DNA from: Erysipelotrichaceae bacterium
GTDB lineage: Bacteria; Bacillota_I; Bacilli_A; Erysipelotrichales; Coprobacillaceae
Direction: 5' to 3'
Assembly (NCBI GenBank): GCA_028698185.1
Contig: JAQVDW010000008.1
Span: forward strand, 30,001 to 62,000
DNA: 32,000 bases
Numbering within the stretch: position 1 is the first letter of the stretch; each line of letters begins with the position of its first letter. Made by a program: the position numbers and the translations under genes. This document shows positions 9,764 to 19,307 of this stretch, in pieces. The notes below the pieces were generated by a model. It worked only from the letters and a program-made list of their open reading frames with translations. It had not been told where the DNA came from and made no database searches.

Positions 9764-11714
9764 AAAAATTGCGGGCCGTTATGAGCTTCTAGAACTGATC
9801 GGCCAAGGCGGGATGGCGGATGTTTACCTTGCCAAGGATACGATTTTGAACCGGGCTCTGGCAGTCAAAATCCTGCGGACTTCCCTGGCCAAGGATCCAT
9901 TGTACGTAGCCCGCTTCAAACGGGAAGCGAGCGCTGCCGCGAGTCTTTCGCACAAGAATGTGGTCGAGATTTATGACGTGGGTGAGGACAACAACGAGTA
10001 TTTCATTGCCATGGAGTATGTCACCGGCGTGACGCTCAAGGAGCTCATCCACAAAAGAGGTGCCTTGCACTTTATAGAAGCCATAAATATTTTCAAACAG
10101 GCAGTGGCCGGAGTCAAGGCGGCGCACCGTCTCGATATCATCCACCGCGACCTCAAACCGCAAAATATCCTGGTCACCGACAGCGGCATCGCAAAAATCG
10201 CCGATTTCGGGATCGCTTCGATGGAATCGCTAGCGCAGGTAACGAAGACCGATGTCATAATGGGTTCGTTGCATTATCTTGCACCTGAGTTGTGCCGCGG
10301 GGAAAAAGCGACGGTCCAGTCGGATATCTATGCCCTGGGAATCGTCCTTTATGAATTGCTGCGGGGCGACGTGCCTTTTAGCTCGGATACTCCAGTCAAT
10401 ATCGCACTCAAACACATGCAAGAGGAAATCCCTGCAATCAGGGAATTCAATCCGACCATCCCGCAATCGATTGAAAACATCATCACCAAAGCGACAGCAA
10501 AAAACCTGGCTGACCGTTATCATTCAACCGATGAGCTGCTGGTGGATCTTGAAGGTTGCATCGCCAACCCCGACCAGCCCAAAATAACTTTTGCCATGGC
10601 TGATCATGACGATCAGGCCACAATAATCGCCCCGGCCCATCATGCACCAAGCGAAAAAACGCCTAGGGTGCATATGGCCCAAGACCACAAGCCTGAAGGC
10701 GGGCTGAAGTCTTTCCTGCATGCCCCTTGGAGCAGGAAGAAAAAAATCATAGTCGGCGCCGTAGTGGGGGCGCTGGTACTCATCGTGGTGGCTATTTTGA
10801 TGCTGCTAAACCAGGGGCCAACGACGTATCTCATGCCTGACCTGTCGGGCAAGACGGTCGAAGAGGCCCGGGAAATTATTGAATCATACGGTGGCAGTGT
10901 GGCTGTCGATTATGAATATCAGCTCACCGACGACATCGACGAGGGACTGATTGTGGCCACCGATCCACTGGCCAACCAGACTGTATCGGCAAGTGATGAG
11001 GTTGTCTTCACCCTTTCTTCGGGCAAATACATCATTGTGGGGGATTACGTGGGCATGGATATCGATGACGTCACGGCAATCCTGGCTGAAAACGAACTTC
11101 CTTACCTGATTGAGGAAGTCATAGACACCGAAGATGCGGGTCAGGTCGTTGATCAAAGCCTTGAACAGGGAACCAAAGTCGATCCAAACGGTACTGATGT
11201 TTTGACCCTGAGTGTTTCCAAAGGATGGTCGCAGAAAGTTCCAAACATGATCTCGATCAATGTCGAAGAGGCCAAAACGGAACTGCAAAATCTAGGATTC
11301 ACTGTAGTCTTGAAGACGCTTAGTGGAGATGATATGACCAATGCGCAAATCGATGCCATTGTCGTTGACGAGGTTGTCAGCCAGTCGATCGAACCCAATA
11401 CGATAGTTAGTGAACAGGGAACTTCAATCACCCTGGAATACTATGACGTCAAGCCAAACAAGAAGGATGAGTATGAAGTTACTGTTTCCAATTATTTGGG
11501 CGGCGATGTTTTTGAAGCACGCAACGATCTGCTCGACTTAGGTTTTGTCGTGAATCTCGTGGCGCTTGACCCTTCTAGTCTCACCGAGACCGAAGCCAAT
11601 TCGATTGAAATAAATACGGTGATCTCCCAGTCGTTGCCTCAAAACACGGTAGTCACGACAAGAGGGACGAAAATCACTCTTACTTATTATGATCACCTGC
11701 CTCAATATGAATAA
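9756..11714 (+). CDS. prkC: Ser/Thr protein kinase PrkC with a transmembrane segment and four PASTA repeats
   Basis: Hanks kinase motifs GQGGMADVY, HRDLKPQN and DFG. The TM segment is IIVGAVVGALVLIVVAILMLL. Four PASTA-like repeats follow. I start the gene at MTRKIAGRY (ATG 9756) with GGAGG at 9745-9749. Confidence 0.85.
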   Translation: MTRKIAGRYELLELIGQGGMADVYLAKDTILNRALAVKILRTSLAKDPLYVARFKREASAAASLSHKNVVEIYDVGEDNNEYFIAMEYVTGVTLKELIHKRGALHFIEAINIFKQAVAGVKAAHRLDIIHRDLKPQNILVTDSGIAKIADFGIASMESLAQVTKTDVIMGSLHYLAPELCRGEKATVQSDIYALGIVLYELLRGDVPFSSDTPVNIALKHMQEEIPAIREFNPTIPQSIENIITKATAKNLADRYHSTDELLVDLEGCIANPDQPKITFAMADHDDQATIIAPAHHAPSEKTPRVHMAQDHKPEGGLKSFLHAPWSRKKKIIVGAVVGALVLIVVAILMLLNQGPTTYLMPDLSGKTVEEAREIIESYGGSVAVDYEYQLTDDIDEGLIVATDPLANQTVSASDEVVFTLSSGKYIIVGDYVGMDIDDVTAILAENELPYLIEEVIDTEDAGQVVDQSLEQGTKVDPNGTDVLTLSVSKGWSQKVPNMISINVEEAKTELQNLGFTVVLKTLSGDDMTNAQIDAIVVDEVVSQSIEPNTIVSEQGTSITLEYYDVKPNKKDEYEVTVSNYLGGDVFEARNDLLDLGFVVNLVALDPSSLTETEANSIEINTVISQSLPQNTVVTTRGTKITLTYYDHLPQYE

Positions 11715-11725
11715 AGGAGATTGCA

Positions 11726-12607
11726 ATGGATAGCGGAAGAATAATCAAAGCATTGTCGGGATTCTATTACGTCAAAAGCGACAGCGCCGGGGAAATCATT
11801 TCCTGCCGGGCACGGGGCAAGTTCCGCAAGGACGACATCAAGCCTCTTGTCGGTGATTTTGTCGAATTCGAGCACCGTGACCACAGTGAGGGATATATCA
11901 ACCGGATTAAAGACCGGGAGAACTTTCTTTTGCGTCCGCCAATCGCCAATGTCGACCAGGCCCTGCTGGTAAGCTCAATCAAGGAACCGGATTTTTCCAG
12001 CCTCCTGCTTGACAAGTTCATTATCCTGATGGAGCACAACCTGATCAAGCCGGTAATTTGCCTGTCGAAGGCTGATTTGGGAATCGACCAAGATATCCAG
12101 GAAATCATTTCCAGCTATCAAAAAGCCGGATACGAAGTCATTCCTTTTTCTTCAAAAGACAACATGGGTATTGACAAAATCGCCGCAATTCTGGAAAATA
12201 AAGTGAGTGTCATTACCGGTCAGTCGGGAGTCGGCAAGTCGAGCCTGCTCAACAAGCTCGATCCCCAACTGGCGCTACAGACAAACGAGATTTCCAAGGC
12301 CCTGGGCCGCGGAAAGCATACGACGCGTCACGTTGAGCTGATGGAAGTCGCCAACGGCCTGGTCGGGGATACGCCGGGATTCTCCTCTTTGGAGCTTGCC
12401 TTGACCCCGCAGGAAATGGCAATCGCCTGTCATGATTTCCATACGCTGGCATCGAAATGCAAATTCAGGGGTTGCCTGCATGACCAGGAACCGGGTTGTG
12501 CCATCAAACAGGCTGTGGAACAGGGCGAAATCGCCAGGTTCCGTTACGAAAATTATTTAACACTTTTACAAGAAGCAAGAGAAAGGGACGAAAAGAAATA
12601 TGGTTAG
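11726..12607 (+). CDS. rsgA: Ribosome small-subunit biogenesis GTPase RsgA (CpgA/YloQ)
   Basis: Circularly permuted GTPase: NVDQALLV, GQSGVGKSSLLN, DTPGF, and a C-terminal zinc knuckle CKFRGCLHDQEPGC. Confidence 0.9.
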   Translation: MDSGRIIKALSGFYYVKSDSAGEIISCRARGKFRKDDIKPLVGDFVEFEHRDHSEGYINRIKDRENFLLRPPIANVDQALLVSSIKEPDFSSLLLDKFIILMEHNLIKPVICLSKADLGIDQDIQEIISSYQKAGYEVIPFSSKDNMGIDKIAAILENKVSVITGQSGVGKSSLLNKLDPQLALQTNEISKALGRGKHTTRHVELMEVANGLVGDTPGFSSLELALTPQEMAIACHDFHTLASKCKFRGCLHDQEPGCAIKQAVEQGEIARFRYENYLTLLQEARERDEKKYG

Positions 12608-13250
12608 AGTAGCACCATCGCTTTTAGCGGCGAATTTTAGCAACTTGGCTTGGGAAATTGCCAAGGTTGAAAACGGAGGAGCAAGCTGGCTTCATTATGA
12701 CGTAATGGATGGCCATTTTGTCCCAAACATTTCATTTGGATATTCAATCCTCAATGACGTGCGGAAAGTAACTTCATTGACTCTCGATGTCCACCTGATG
12801 GTCGAAAACCCGAACGAGTTCGTGGAAAAATTCATTGCCAATGGAGCTGATTACATCACTTTCCACATCGAATCGATGACTAACGAGAGACAAATCGCCC
12901 GACTGATCGATTATCTCCATATCAAAGGTGTCAAAGCCGGTCTTTCAATCAAGCCTTCGACTCCGGTCGATGCCATCAAACCTTATTTGAACAAGCTTGA
13001 TCTTGTTTTGGTAATGTCGGTTGAACCAGGATTTGGCGGTCAGGCTTTCAATCCGGTGGCTCTTGAAAAAATCGAGCTGCTGGCCAAGCTAAAAAAAGAA
13101 AAAGGTTACAAGTATATTATCGAAGTCGATGGCGGAATCAACGGCCAGACCATCGATAGCGTAAAAAAAGCCGGAGTGGAGATGGTTGTTGCCGGATCAT
13201 ATATCTTTGGCAGCGACAATTACCAACAGGCAATCGAGTCGTTGAAATAA
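12600..13250 (+). CDS. rpe: Ribulose-phosphate 3-epimerase
   Basis: PSLLAANF, HYDVMDGHFVPN, MSVEPGFGGQ and VDGGIN motifs. Confidence 0.9.
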   Translation: MVRVAPSLLAANFSNLAWEIAKVENGGASWLHYDVMDGHFVPNISFGYSILNDVRKVTSLTLDVHLMVENPNEFVEKFIANGADYITFHIESMTNERQIARLIDYLHIKGVKAGLSIKPSTPVDAIKPYLNKLDLVLVMSVEPGFGGQAFNPVALEKIELLAKLKKEKGYKYIIEVDGGINGQTIDSVKKAGVEMVVAGSYIFGSDNYQQAIESLK

Positions 13251-13864
13251 TGAAAATCGGTATTGTCGGGGCGGGCGATTGTTCTGTGCTCGACCGCTCT
13301 TTGGAATACATTGCCGTGGACAATGGCCTTTGCTGTCTTCTGTCGCAACACATCGAGCCCAAGTTCATCGTCGGCGATTTCGACTCCCTGGAAGACAGGA
13401 GTCTGATAGACAAATATCAGGCAATCGCGCTCCCGCAGGTCAAAAACGATACGGACTTGCATGTGGCTTTACAGGAGGCCATCGCCCGGGGCTATTCGAC
13501 AATCTACCTTTACGGAGTCACCGGAGGCCGGCTGGACCATTTTCTTTCAGTCTTGAACCTGCTTTACAGATACAGCAACTACAATATCATCATCAAGGAC
13601 GATCAGAATCTGATCTACTATGGCAATGATTGTTTCAACACCCTGGAAAACACCGGTTACAAGTATTTTTCGCTGTTTAGCTTCGAGGACAACCTGGTCA
13701 CGGTCAACAATGCGAAATACCCTCTGGTCGATTATCTCCTGACAATCGGCGACACTCTTTGTGTTTCCAATGAACCGCTCGATGGGGTGGTGGAGATTGT
13801 TTCCAGCAAGGGGCTGTACATAATTCTATCGAACGACAAAAAAGGTCTACTAGCATCATGCTAG
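13250..13864 (+). CDS. thiN: Thiamine pyrophosphokinase
   Basis: GDFDS, KNDTDL and GVTGGRLDH motifs. The gene follows rpe, as in the B. subtilis ylo cluster. The start overlaps the rpe stop (TAATG). Confidence 0.8.
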   Translation: MKIGIVGAGDCSVLDRSLEYIAVDNGLCCLLSQHIEPKFIVGDFDSLEDRSLIDKYQAIALPQVKNDTDLHVALQEAIARGYSTIYLYGVTGGRLDHFLSVLNLLYRYSNYNIIIKDDQNLIYYGNDCFNTLENTGYKYFSLFSFEDNLVTVNNAKYPLVDYLLTIGDTLCVSNEPLDGVVEIVSSKGLYIILSNDKKGLLASC

Positions 13865-13876
13865 AGACCTTTTTTG
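13838..13876. terminator. Bidirectional intrinsic terminator between convergent thiN and the RNR gene
   Basis: A6-GGTCTACTAGCA (13844-13855), loop TCA, TGCTAGAGACC (13859-13869), then T6. This gives 11 bp with one bulge. Confidence 0.7.
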
Positions 13877-16231
13877 CTATCTTACTGGACAAACTCCAGA
13901 TTCGCAGCCATCGTTGCCCACATCGAGTTCCTGTTCCTGCCGTTCGTATTTCTTGAGCAGGCTGGGAACAAATGGGCGCATTTTCCCTTCGCGCCGTTTG
14001 TATTCGGCTTCGTCAATCGCTTCATAAGGCAGCAGTTGATAGAAACTGTCATCCAATGAAAGGAAAGAAAGGGCAACGGTTTCGTCCCAGTGGTCATAGA
14101 CCCACTGTTCCACGCCGTCCCATTCTTGTTCACGCACATGGACAGTGATCGAGCAGTTGTGGTCGACATAGTTGTCCATGAACAGCTTGTAGTTTTCAAG
14201 CTGTTCCAAGGCGGTAACGTCATACTTGGTCTTGCCTTCGGGGGCCTTCACCGGGAATTCGATGACCTTGGTCGAGCATTCTTCCATTGTTTGACCGACT
14301 TCCGGGAAGATAGGATAATTCAATTCCTCGCAGACTTTCACCAATGGATCGGTGGCATTGATTCGGATGCGGCGGATATAGTAAGGCGAGTGGGAATAGT
14401 GAACCCCGCTGGAAACTGTCGGCAATTGCGACAGGGTTCCTTCCGGCTTGACGGTAGTCACCAGTAGTGGCGCGTTTTGACCGATCTGCGAAGAGTATTC
14501 AGCTACGGCCTCATGGGCCACGGACCGCAGTTTTTTCAGGATCTCGGCCTGTTTTTCCATTGATAGATTGGCCTTGTTTGCGAAATCCTGCCATCCGGTC
14601 AGCGAGCATCCGACAAGCTTGTCGCGTTGCTGAACGGTATTCCATGCCGGCAGCTCCAGTTCGGTGCAGGTCATCCGGTATCCGGCTCGGGCCGAGTAGC
14701 GTTGGGCCTGATAGAGACCCTCGTAATCGATCTCTCCGTTCTCATTGACAAATGCATAGACATTGATGGTGGTCAGGTTGCACAATCCCTTTGAATCGAG
14801 CAGGATTTCCCCGCATGGATTGACCCCGTTCATGTTCGGACGGCGCTTGAGCCCGGCCACTTCATTGACCCAGCCCGGTTCGCCCGAAAAGCGCATCTGT
14901 TCGATTTGCCAGTGGAGCTGCTCGCGGGTCGGTTTCTCGCGGTAGTAGATTGAGTTGTTCGACATCTGCCGATGGATGATGTCCTTGTCGACAAGCCATT
15001 GGCCGTCGATCTGTTTGTAGAGATTGCTTTTGGCTTCGATGCATTCCTTGTCGTCGGCATCAACCAGGACGATTTCGGCGGTCCGGCGAACTCCTCCGAC
15101 CACGACATTCTCGCCGATGATGTTGGCAATATCAAGACAGTCAATGGGCATCAGTTTAACCAATGAGTAATGGTCGAGAACTCCACGTTTCTTGATGACG
15201 GTCACAATCTTCTCGAACATCCTTTTGATCGATTCGTGACCCGATGCGGTTCCGCCGAAAGTGGATAGCCTTTCTCCACGCGGTCGCACATTGGAATAGT
15301 TGATGATAATTGTCTTGATTTCCCGGTATTCCCTGGAGTAGATGATTTTGAAGAAGAAGTCCAGGGCTTGGGTCCAGCCTTCCTTGGAATCGCCGATGAT
15401 GATGCGGGCGATGTTTTTCTGAATGAAATTCAACGAAGTCGAATTCTCACGCTGCTTGCGTTTGATCTGGCTGTAGTCTTCGTGGATTACCTCGAAGTCG
15501 ACCCTTACCTTAGGCAACTTGGCGACGTCATCCTTGAGGATGCGGACCCCGACCCCCGAACCGATCATCAGCAAGTAGAAAAGATCCTTGAAGGCTTCGA
15601 AATTGTCAATCACCTCGAAGGCGCAGTTGAAGTTGGCCATCGGATAGTATTTGGAAACATCGGTGCCTCCGACCCAGAACGTCCGGCCACTTAGAAATTG
15701 CTTGAGGTTGAAGATATTGTCGAAAAGCTCCTGGGCCTCTTTACGGGTGGTCGGAACGAGCGAACAGTTGTATTCGACGGCCCGGGCCACGGTTTCCCAC
15801 CAGTATTCGCGGCGGCTTTCCTCATCGAGCCAGCGGGAATAGGTGCGGTAGTAGACAAAGTTACCCAGCTGTTTTAGCGGCGAAGGGACGTGCTTGTAGT
15901 TGGATAGAAATTCGTCGCTCAAAAGCAGCTTGTCACCCTCGCGTGCCCTTTTTTCGCGGGATTTGTCCCTTTCGTAGCGGTAGATCATGTAAACTTTGGC
16001 GACATCCTTGCGCGAGGAAGCCATAAGTTGGCCTTCGACGACATCCTGGATGATGTCGACACTAAAAGGCGAATAGTAGCTTGTCAGGATCTCCTCAACT
16101 TCATTGGCGATGTCGGCGGCTAAGATCTCGTCGACCCCCTTGACAGTTTCGTTCATGGCGTTGATGATCGCATTGTAAATTTTTTCCTTGTGGAAAGGTG
16201 TTACGGTATTGTTCCTTTTGATTACGTCCAT
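13877..16231 (-). CDS. nrdJ: Adenosylcobalamin-dependent ribonucleoside-triphosphate reductase (monomeric RTPR-type class II RNR) with an N-terminal ATP-cone
   Basis: The protein matches my recollection of Lactobacillus leichmannii RTPR motif by motif: YRTYSRW, GRTFWVGGTD, FGGTASG, GGVRRTAEI, GEPGWVN, NPCGEILL, VKPEGT, and the C-terminal redox pair CESGVCPVR (compare CEGGACPIK). The first ~95 aa (VIKRNNTVTPF..KI..AI....IQD.VE..L....VAKVYMIYR) look like an ATP-cone. Confidence 0.85.
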   Translation of the reverse strand: MDVIKRNNTVTPFHKEKIYNAIINAMNETVKGVDEILAADIANEVEEILTSYYSPFSVDIIQDVVEGQLMASSRKDVAKVYMIYRYERDKSREKRAREGDKLLLSDEFLSNYKHVPSPLKQLGNFVYYRTYSRWLDEESRREYWWETVARAVEYNCSLVPTTRKEAQELFDNIFNLKQFLSGRTFWVGGTDVSKYYPMANFNCAFEVIDNFEAFKDLFYLLMIGSGVGVRILKDDVAKLPKVRVDFEVIHEDYSQIKRKQRENSTSLNFIQKNIARIIIGDSKEGWTQALDFFFKIIYSREYREIKTIIINYSNVRPRGERLSTFGGTASGHESIKRMFEKIVTVIKKRGVLDHYSLVKLMPIDCLDIANIIGENVVVGGVRRTAEIVLVDADDKECIEAKSNLYKQIDGQWLVDKDIIHRQMSNNSIYYREKPTREQLHWQIEQMRFSGEPGWVNEVAGLKRRPNMNGVNPCGEILLDSKGLCNLTTINVYAFVNENGEIDYEGLYQAQRYSARAGYRMTCTELELPAWNTVQQRDKLVGCSLTGWQDFANKANLSMEKQAEILKKLRSVAHEAVAEYSSQIGQNAPLLVTTVKPEGTLSQLPTVSSGVHYSHSPYYIRRIRINATDPLVKVCEELNYPIFPEVGQTMEECSTKVIEFPVKAPEGKTKYDVTALEQLENYKLFMDNYVDHNCSITVHVREQEWDGVEQWVYDHWDETVALSFLSLDDSFYQLLPYEAIDEAEYKRREGKMRPFVPSLLKKYERQEQELDVGNDGCESGVCPVR

Positions 16232-16258
16232 ATATTACCTCCAAAATCTTATAACACA

Positions 16259-16287
16259 ATTGTAATCAATTTCATTTTCAAAATCAA
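16259..16287 (-). promoter_or_regulatory. Sigma-A type promoter for the RNR gene
   Basis: On the minus strand: TTGATT (16287-16282), a 17-nt spacer, TACAAT (16264-16259). GGAGG follows at 16242-16238 and the ATG at 16231. Confidence 0.5.
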
Positions 16288-16471
16288 TCGAAGTGGTTTA
16301 TTGCAAGGAGGTATTTTTGGACTGCCCATCACTCCACGGAATCCGTCTCATCCAACCCTGATTGGCTGGCAAGTGGCGCTTGGCGACGCCCCGTGGCCGT
16401 TCTTTGACAGGCTGGTATGGTTGAAAAAATACCCTGAAACCGATATTTTTTCATTTTTTGGCACTTGGATA

Positions 16472-16499
16472 TTGACAGTGCTAACATGAGTGCTATAAT
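16472..16499 (+). promoter_or_regulatory. Sigma-A type promoter for clpB
   Basis: TTGACA (16472-16477), a 16-nt spacer, TATAAT (16494-16499). Confidence 0.65.
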
Positions 16500-16503
16500 A
16501 TGC

Positions 16504-16530
16504 TTAGCACATGTGGAATGTGAGTGCTAA
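16504..16530 (+). promoter_or_regulatory. CIRCE-like HrcA operator
   Basis: TTAGCACat-N9-GAGTGCTAA against the consensus TTAGCACTC-N9-GAGTGCTAA. Spacing is canonical and the 7-nt arms are perfect. It lies between the -10 box and the clpB RBS. Confidence 0.7.
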
Positions 16531-16546
16531 TGAAAGGGGTGGCCTT

Positions 16547-19108
16547 ATGAACAATGAGATGATGACTGAAAAAATGCAGCAGGCGCTGTACAACGCCAGT
16601 CAGTTAGCCTTGAACAACAACAACCAGATTGTGGATATCGCCCATGTGGTTTTGAGCCTGTTGGAAGACGGACAGGGAACCTTGAAAAGAGTTCTCCAGA
16701 AAGCCGATGTCGACATCACCAATTTTGAGAATGATTTTGAAAACAATTTGAAAACCAAAGTTAAAATCGACAATGCCGATGCAAATTCGATGCGGATGTC
16801 CTACGATCTCAACCAGCTGATCCAGGATGCCAACAGATACATGAAGTCCCTGAAGGACCAGTATCTGAGTGTCGAACATTTTGTTATGGCCTTGTTCGAT
16901 TGCAAGAACACAGAAATAAAAAATATCCTGGCTGGAAACGGCCTGAACAAAAACGAGGTGGAGAAACTAATTATGGATATGCGTGGAGGCAAATCAGTTG
17001 ACAATCCCAATCCGGAAAACACTTATGAGGTGCTTGAAAAATACGGGCGGGACCTGATCAAGGATGTCAAAGACGGCAAGATCGATCCAATCATCGGCCG
17101 TGATGATGAAATCAGGCGGGTGATCCAGATCCTGTCTAGGAAAACGAAAAACAACCCAATTCTTATCGGGGAACCGGGGGTCGGGAAAACAGCGATTGTC
17201 GAAGGTCTGGCATGGCGGATTTTCAAGAATGACGTACCGGCCACACTGAAAAACAAAATGATATATGAACTCGATCTAGGATCGCTTGTGGCGGGAGCCA
17301 AATATCGCGGCGAGTTCGAGGAAAGACTCAAGGCAGTGCTTCAGGAAATCAAAAAGGCTGAAGGTCAGGTCATCATGTTCATCGATGAAATCCATCAGCT
17401 GGTTGGAGCAGGGAAATCCGATGGAGCCATGGATGCCGCCAATCTGCTCAAACCGATGCTTGCCCGGGGCGAACTGCACTGCATCGGGGCGACGACGCTT
17501 GACGAATACCGCAAATATATCGAAAAGGATGCGGCATTGGAGCGGCGGTTCCAGAAAGTTCAAGTGGATGAGCCGACTCTCGACGATACGATAGCCATCA
17601 TCCGGGGGCTTAAGGATTCCTTCGAATCCCATCATGGGGTGAAGATATCCGACAATGCGATCATCGGGGCGGTAAACATGTCAGTGCGCTACATCACCGA
17701 CCGGTTCCTGCCCGACAAGGCAATCGACCTGATTGACGAATCTTGCTCCCTTATCAGGATGGAAATCGATTCGATGCCGATCGAACTTGATGCGATTACC
17801 AGGGAAATCAACCGGCTGAAGATGGAAGAAATCTCGATTGGCAAGGATAATGATGAAGCATCGATGACCCGCAAGAACCAGATCCAGGCTAAAATCGCAT
17901 CATTGCAGGAACAACAACGCGTCCTTGAAGACCGCTGGAAAAACGAAAAGGCCAGCATCGATCGTCTCAAGGAACTAAAGGAACAGCGGGTCCGCCTGGA
18001 AGCCTTGCAGGAAAAATACCAAAGCGATGGCGACCTCACCCAGGCTGCAAAAATAAAATATGAGACCCTTCCGGCAATCTCGAATGAGATCAAGGATCTT
18101 GAGGCGCGGGAACAGGAAGACAATCTTCTCCAGGAAATGGTCGATGTCGACACCGTGTCGCAGGTCATTTCAAGATGGACCGGTATCCCGGTAACCAAAC
18201 TGATGGAATCGGAACGGGAAAAACTGCTCGCCCTTGATGAGGCCCTGAAGCAAAGGGTCATCGGTCAGGATCAGGCGATTGAAAAAGTTACTGATGCGAT
18301 TTTGCGGTCGCGGGCGGGCATCAACGATGAAAACCGGCCGATTGGATCATTCCTTTTCCTCGGTCCTACCGGGGTCGGGAAAACCGAGGTGGCCAAGGCA
18401 CTAGCGCAACAGCTGTTCGACAGCGAACGCAATATCGTGCGGATCGACATGTCCGAATATATGGAAAAATTCGCAGTCAGCCGTCTGGTCGGGGCACCTC
18501 CAGGCTATGTCGGTTATGAAGAAGGGGGGCAGCTCACCGAAGCGGTGCGGCGCCATCCGTATTCGATTGTCCTGCTCGACGAAATCGAGAAGGCTCATTC
18601 CGACGTGTTCAACATCCTGCTGCAAGTCCTTGATGATGGCCGGATTACCGATTCCAAAGGGGTTACTGTGAGCTTCAAGAACACAATCATCATCATGACC
18701 TCGAATATCGGAAGTCAATACTTGCTTCAAGGAAATGATGAAAACACCCGGGCGATGGTAAGCGCCGAGTTGAAGAATTACTTCAAACCGGAACTGCTCA
18801 ACCGGATCGACGATGTGGTGATGTTCAACTCACTTGACCAAAGCGTGATCGATGCCATCATCGACAAGTTCATCAGCCAGCTCCAACAAAGACTTCAGGA
18901 AAAAAACATCGCGGTGGCCCTTAGCGCCGCTGCCAAGGAAGAAATCCGCAACGAGGGTTATGATGTGACCTACGGGGCACGGCCGATCAAGCGTTTCATC
19001 CAAAGCAATATCGAAACCCTGATTGCCCGGGCAATCATCGCTGGAACAATCAAGCCAAACAGTGAAGTGACCGTTGATTATGCAAATGGCGAATTTGTCA
19101 TTTTTTAA
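16547..19108 (+). CDS. clpB: ATP-dependent chaperone / disaggregase ClpB
   Basis: Two AAA+ modules (GEPGVGKT and GPTGVGKTE Walker A motifs) are separated by a long coiled-coil middle domain. I start the gene at MNNEMMTEK (ATG 16547) after AAAGGGGTGG. The 16511 start would lie inside CIRCE. Confidence 0.9.
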   Translation: MNNEMMTEKMQQALYNASQLALNNNNQIVDIAHVVLSLLEDGQGTLKRVLQKADVDITNFENDFENNLKTKVKIDNADANSMRMSYDLNQLIQDANRYMKSLKDQYLSVEHFVMALFDCKNTEIKNILAGNGLNKNEVEKLIMDMRGGKSVDNPNPENTYEVLEKYGRDLIKDVKDGKIDPIIGRDDEIRRVIQILSRKTKNNPILIGEPGVGKTAIVEGLAWRIFKNDVPATLKNKMIYELDLGSLVAGAKYRGEFEERLKAVLQEIKKAEGQVIMFIDEIHQLVGAGKSDGAMDAANLLKPMLARGELHCIGATTLDEYRKYIEKDAALERRFQKVQVDEPTLDDTIAIIRGLKDSFESHHGVKISDNAIIGAVNMSVRYITDRFLPDKAIDLIDESCSLIRMEIDSMPIELDAITREINRLKMEEISIGKDNDEASMTRKNQIQAKIASLQEQQRVLEDRWKNEKASIDRLKELKEQRVRLEALQEKYQSDGDLTQAAKIKYETLPAISNEIKDLEAREQEDNLLQEMVDVDTVSQVISRWTGIPVTKLMESEREKLLALDEALKQRVIGQDQAIEKVTDAILRSRAGINDENRPIGSFLFLGPTGVGKTEVAKALAQQLFDSERNIVRIDMSEYMEKFAVSRLVGAPPGYVGYEEGGQLTEAVRRHPYSIVLLDEIEKAHSDVFNILLQVLDDGRITDSKGVTVSFKNTIIIMTSNIGSQYLLQGNDENTRAMVSAELKNYFKPELLNRIDDVVMFNSLDQSVIDAIIDKFISQLQQRLQEKNIAVALSAAAKEEIRNEGYDVTYGARPIKRFIQSNIETLIARAIIAGTIKPNSEVTVDYANGEFVIF

Positions 19109-19123
19109 AAACCAATAGTTATT

Positions 19124-19162
19124 AAGGCCTTGCGCAGCCGCATTTGCTGCGGGGGCCTTTTC
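19124..19162 (+). terminator. Intrinsic terminator after clpB
   Basis: AAGGCC..GCGCAGC..loop..GCTGCG..GGCCTTTT composite stem. Confidence 0.6.
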
Positions 19163-19238
19163 ATCTTCAATATGGCTCAAGCTTAGGATAAGTCCGTTTG
19201 ACCCGGCTTGATTTCACCTGGACGAAGGCACATAATTA

Positions 19239-19266
19239 TTGACTATTCAAGGAGCGATATTATAAT
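19239..19266 (+). promoter_or_regulatory. Sigma-A type promoter upstream of rsmE
   Basis: TTGACT (19239-19244), a 16-nt spacer, TATAAT (19261-19266). Confidence 0.5.
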
Positions 19267-19276
19267 ATAGTAGTCA

Positions 19277-19307
19277 GGTTCATCCCGAGGTGGATTGAGC
19301 CTTTTTT
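19277..19307 (+). terminator. Terminator-like hairpin plus T6 inside the rsmE leader
   Basis: GGTTCATCC (19277-19285), loop CGAGGT, GGATTGAGCC (19292-19301) with one bulge and one G-U pair, then TTTTTT (19302-19307). Confidence 0.35.

Noticed and set aside
16232-16471. Cobalamin riboswitch or NrdR boxes upstream of the B12-dependent RNR gene.
   Set aside because: No B12 box and no GGGAA...GGTG.AA.TCC core on either strand. Only one NrdR-like half-site (ACAATTGTGT around 16255-16264) overlaps the -10 box, and there is no tandem pair of 16-bp palindromes.
16190-16489. The 99-aa plus-strand ORF in the RNR/clpB spacer.
   Set aside because: It starts inside the RNR coding region on the opposite strand, has no internal ATG with an RBS, and runs through both promoters.
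16511-16546. The longer clpB start (MWNVSANERGGL...).
   Set aside because: It would begin inside the CIRCE operator without an RBS. ATG 16547 has AAAGGGGTGG upstream and gives a normal ClpB N-terminus.
16472-16546. CtsR operator upstream of clpB.
   Set aside because: No tandem GGTCAAA-type heptads are present. The repeats here are CIRCE-type (GTGCTAA/TTAGCAC).
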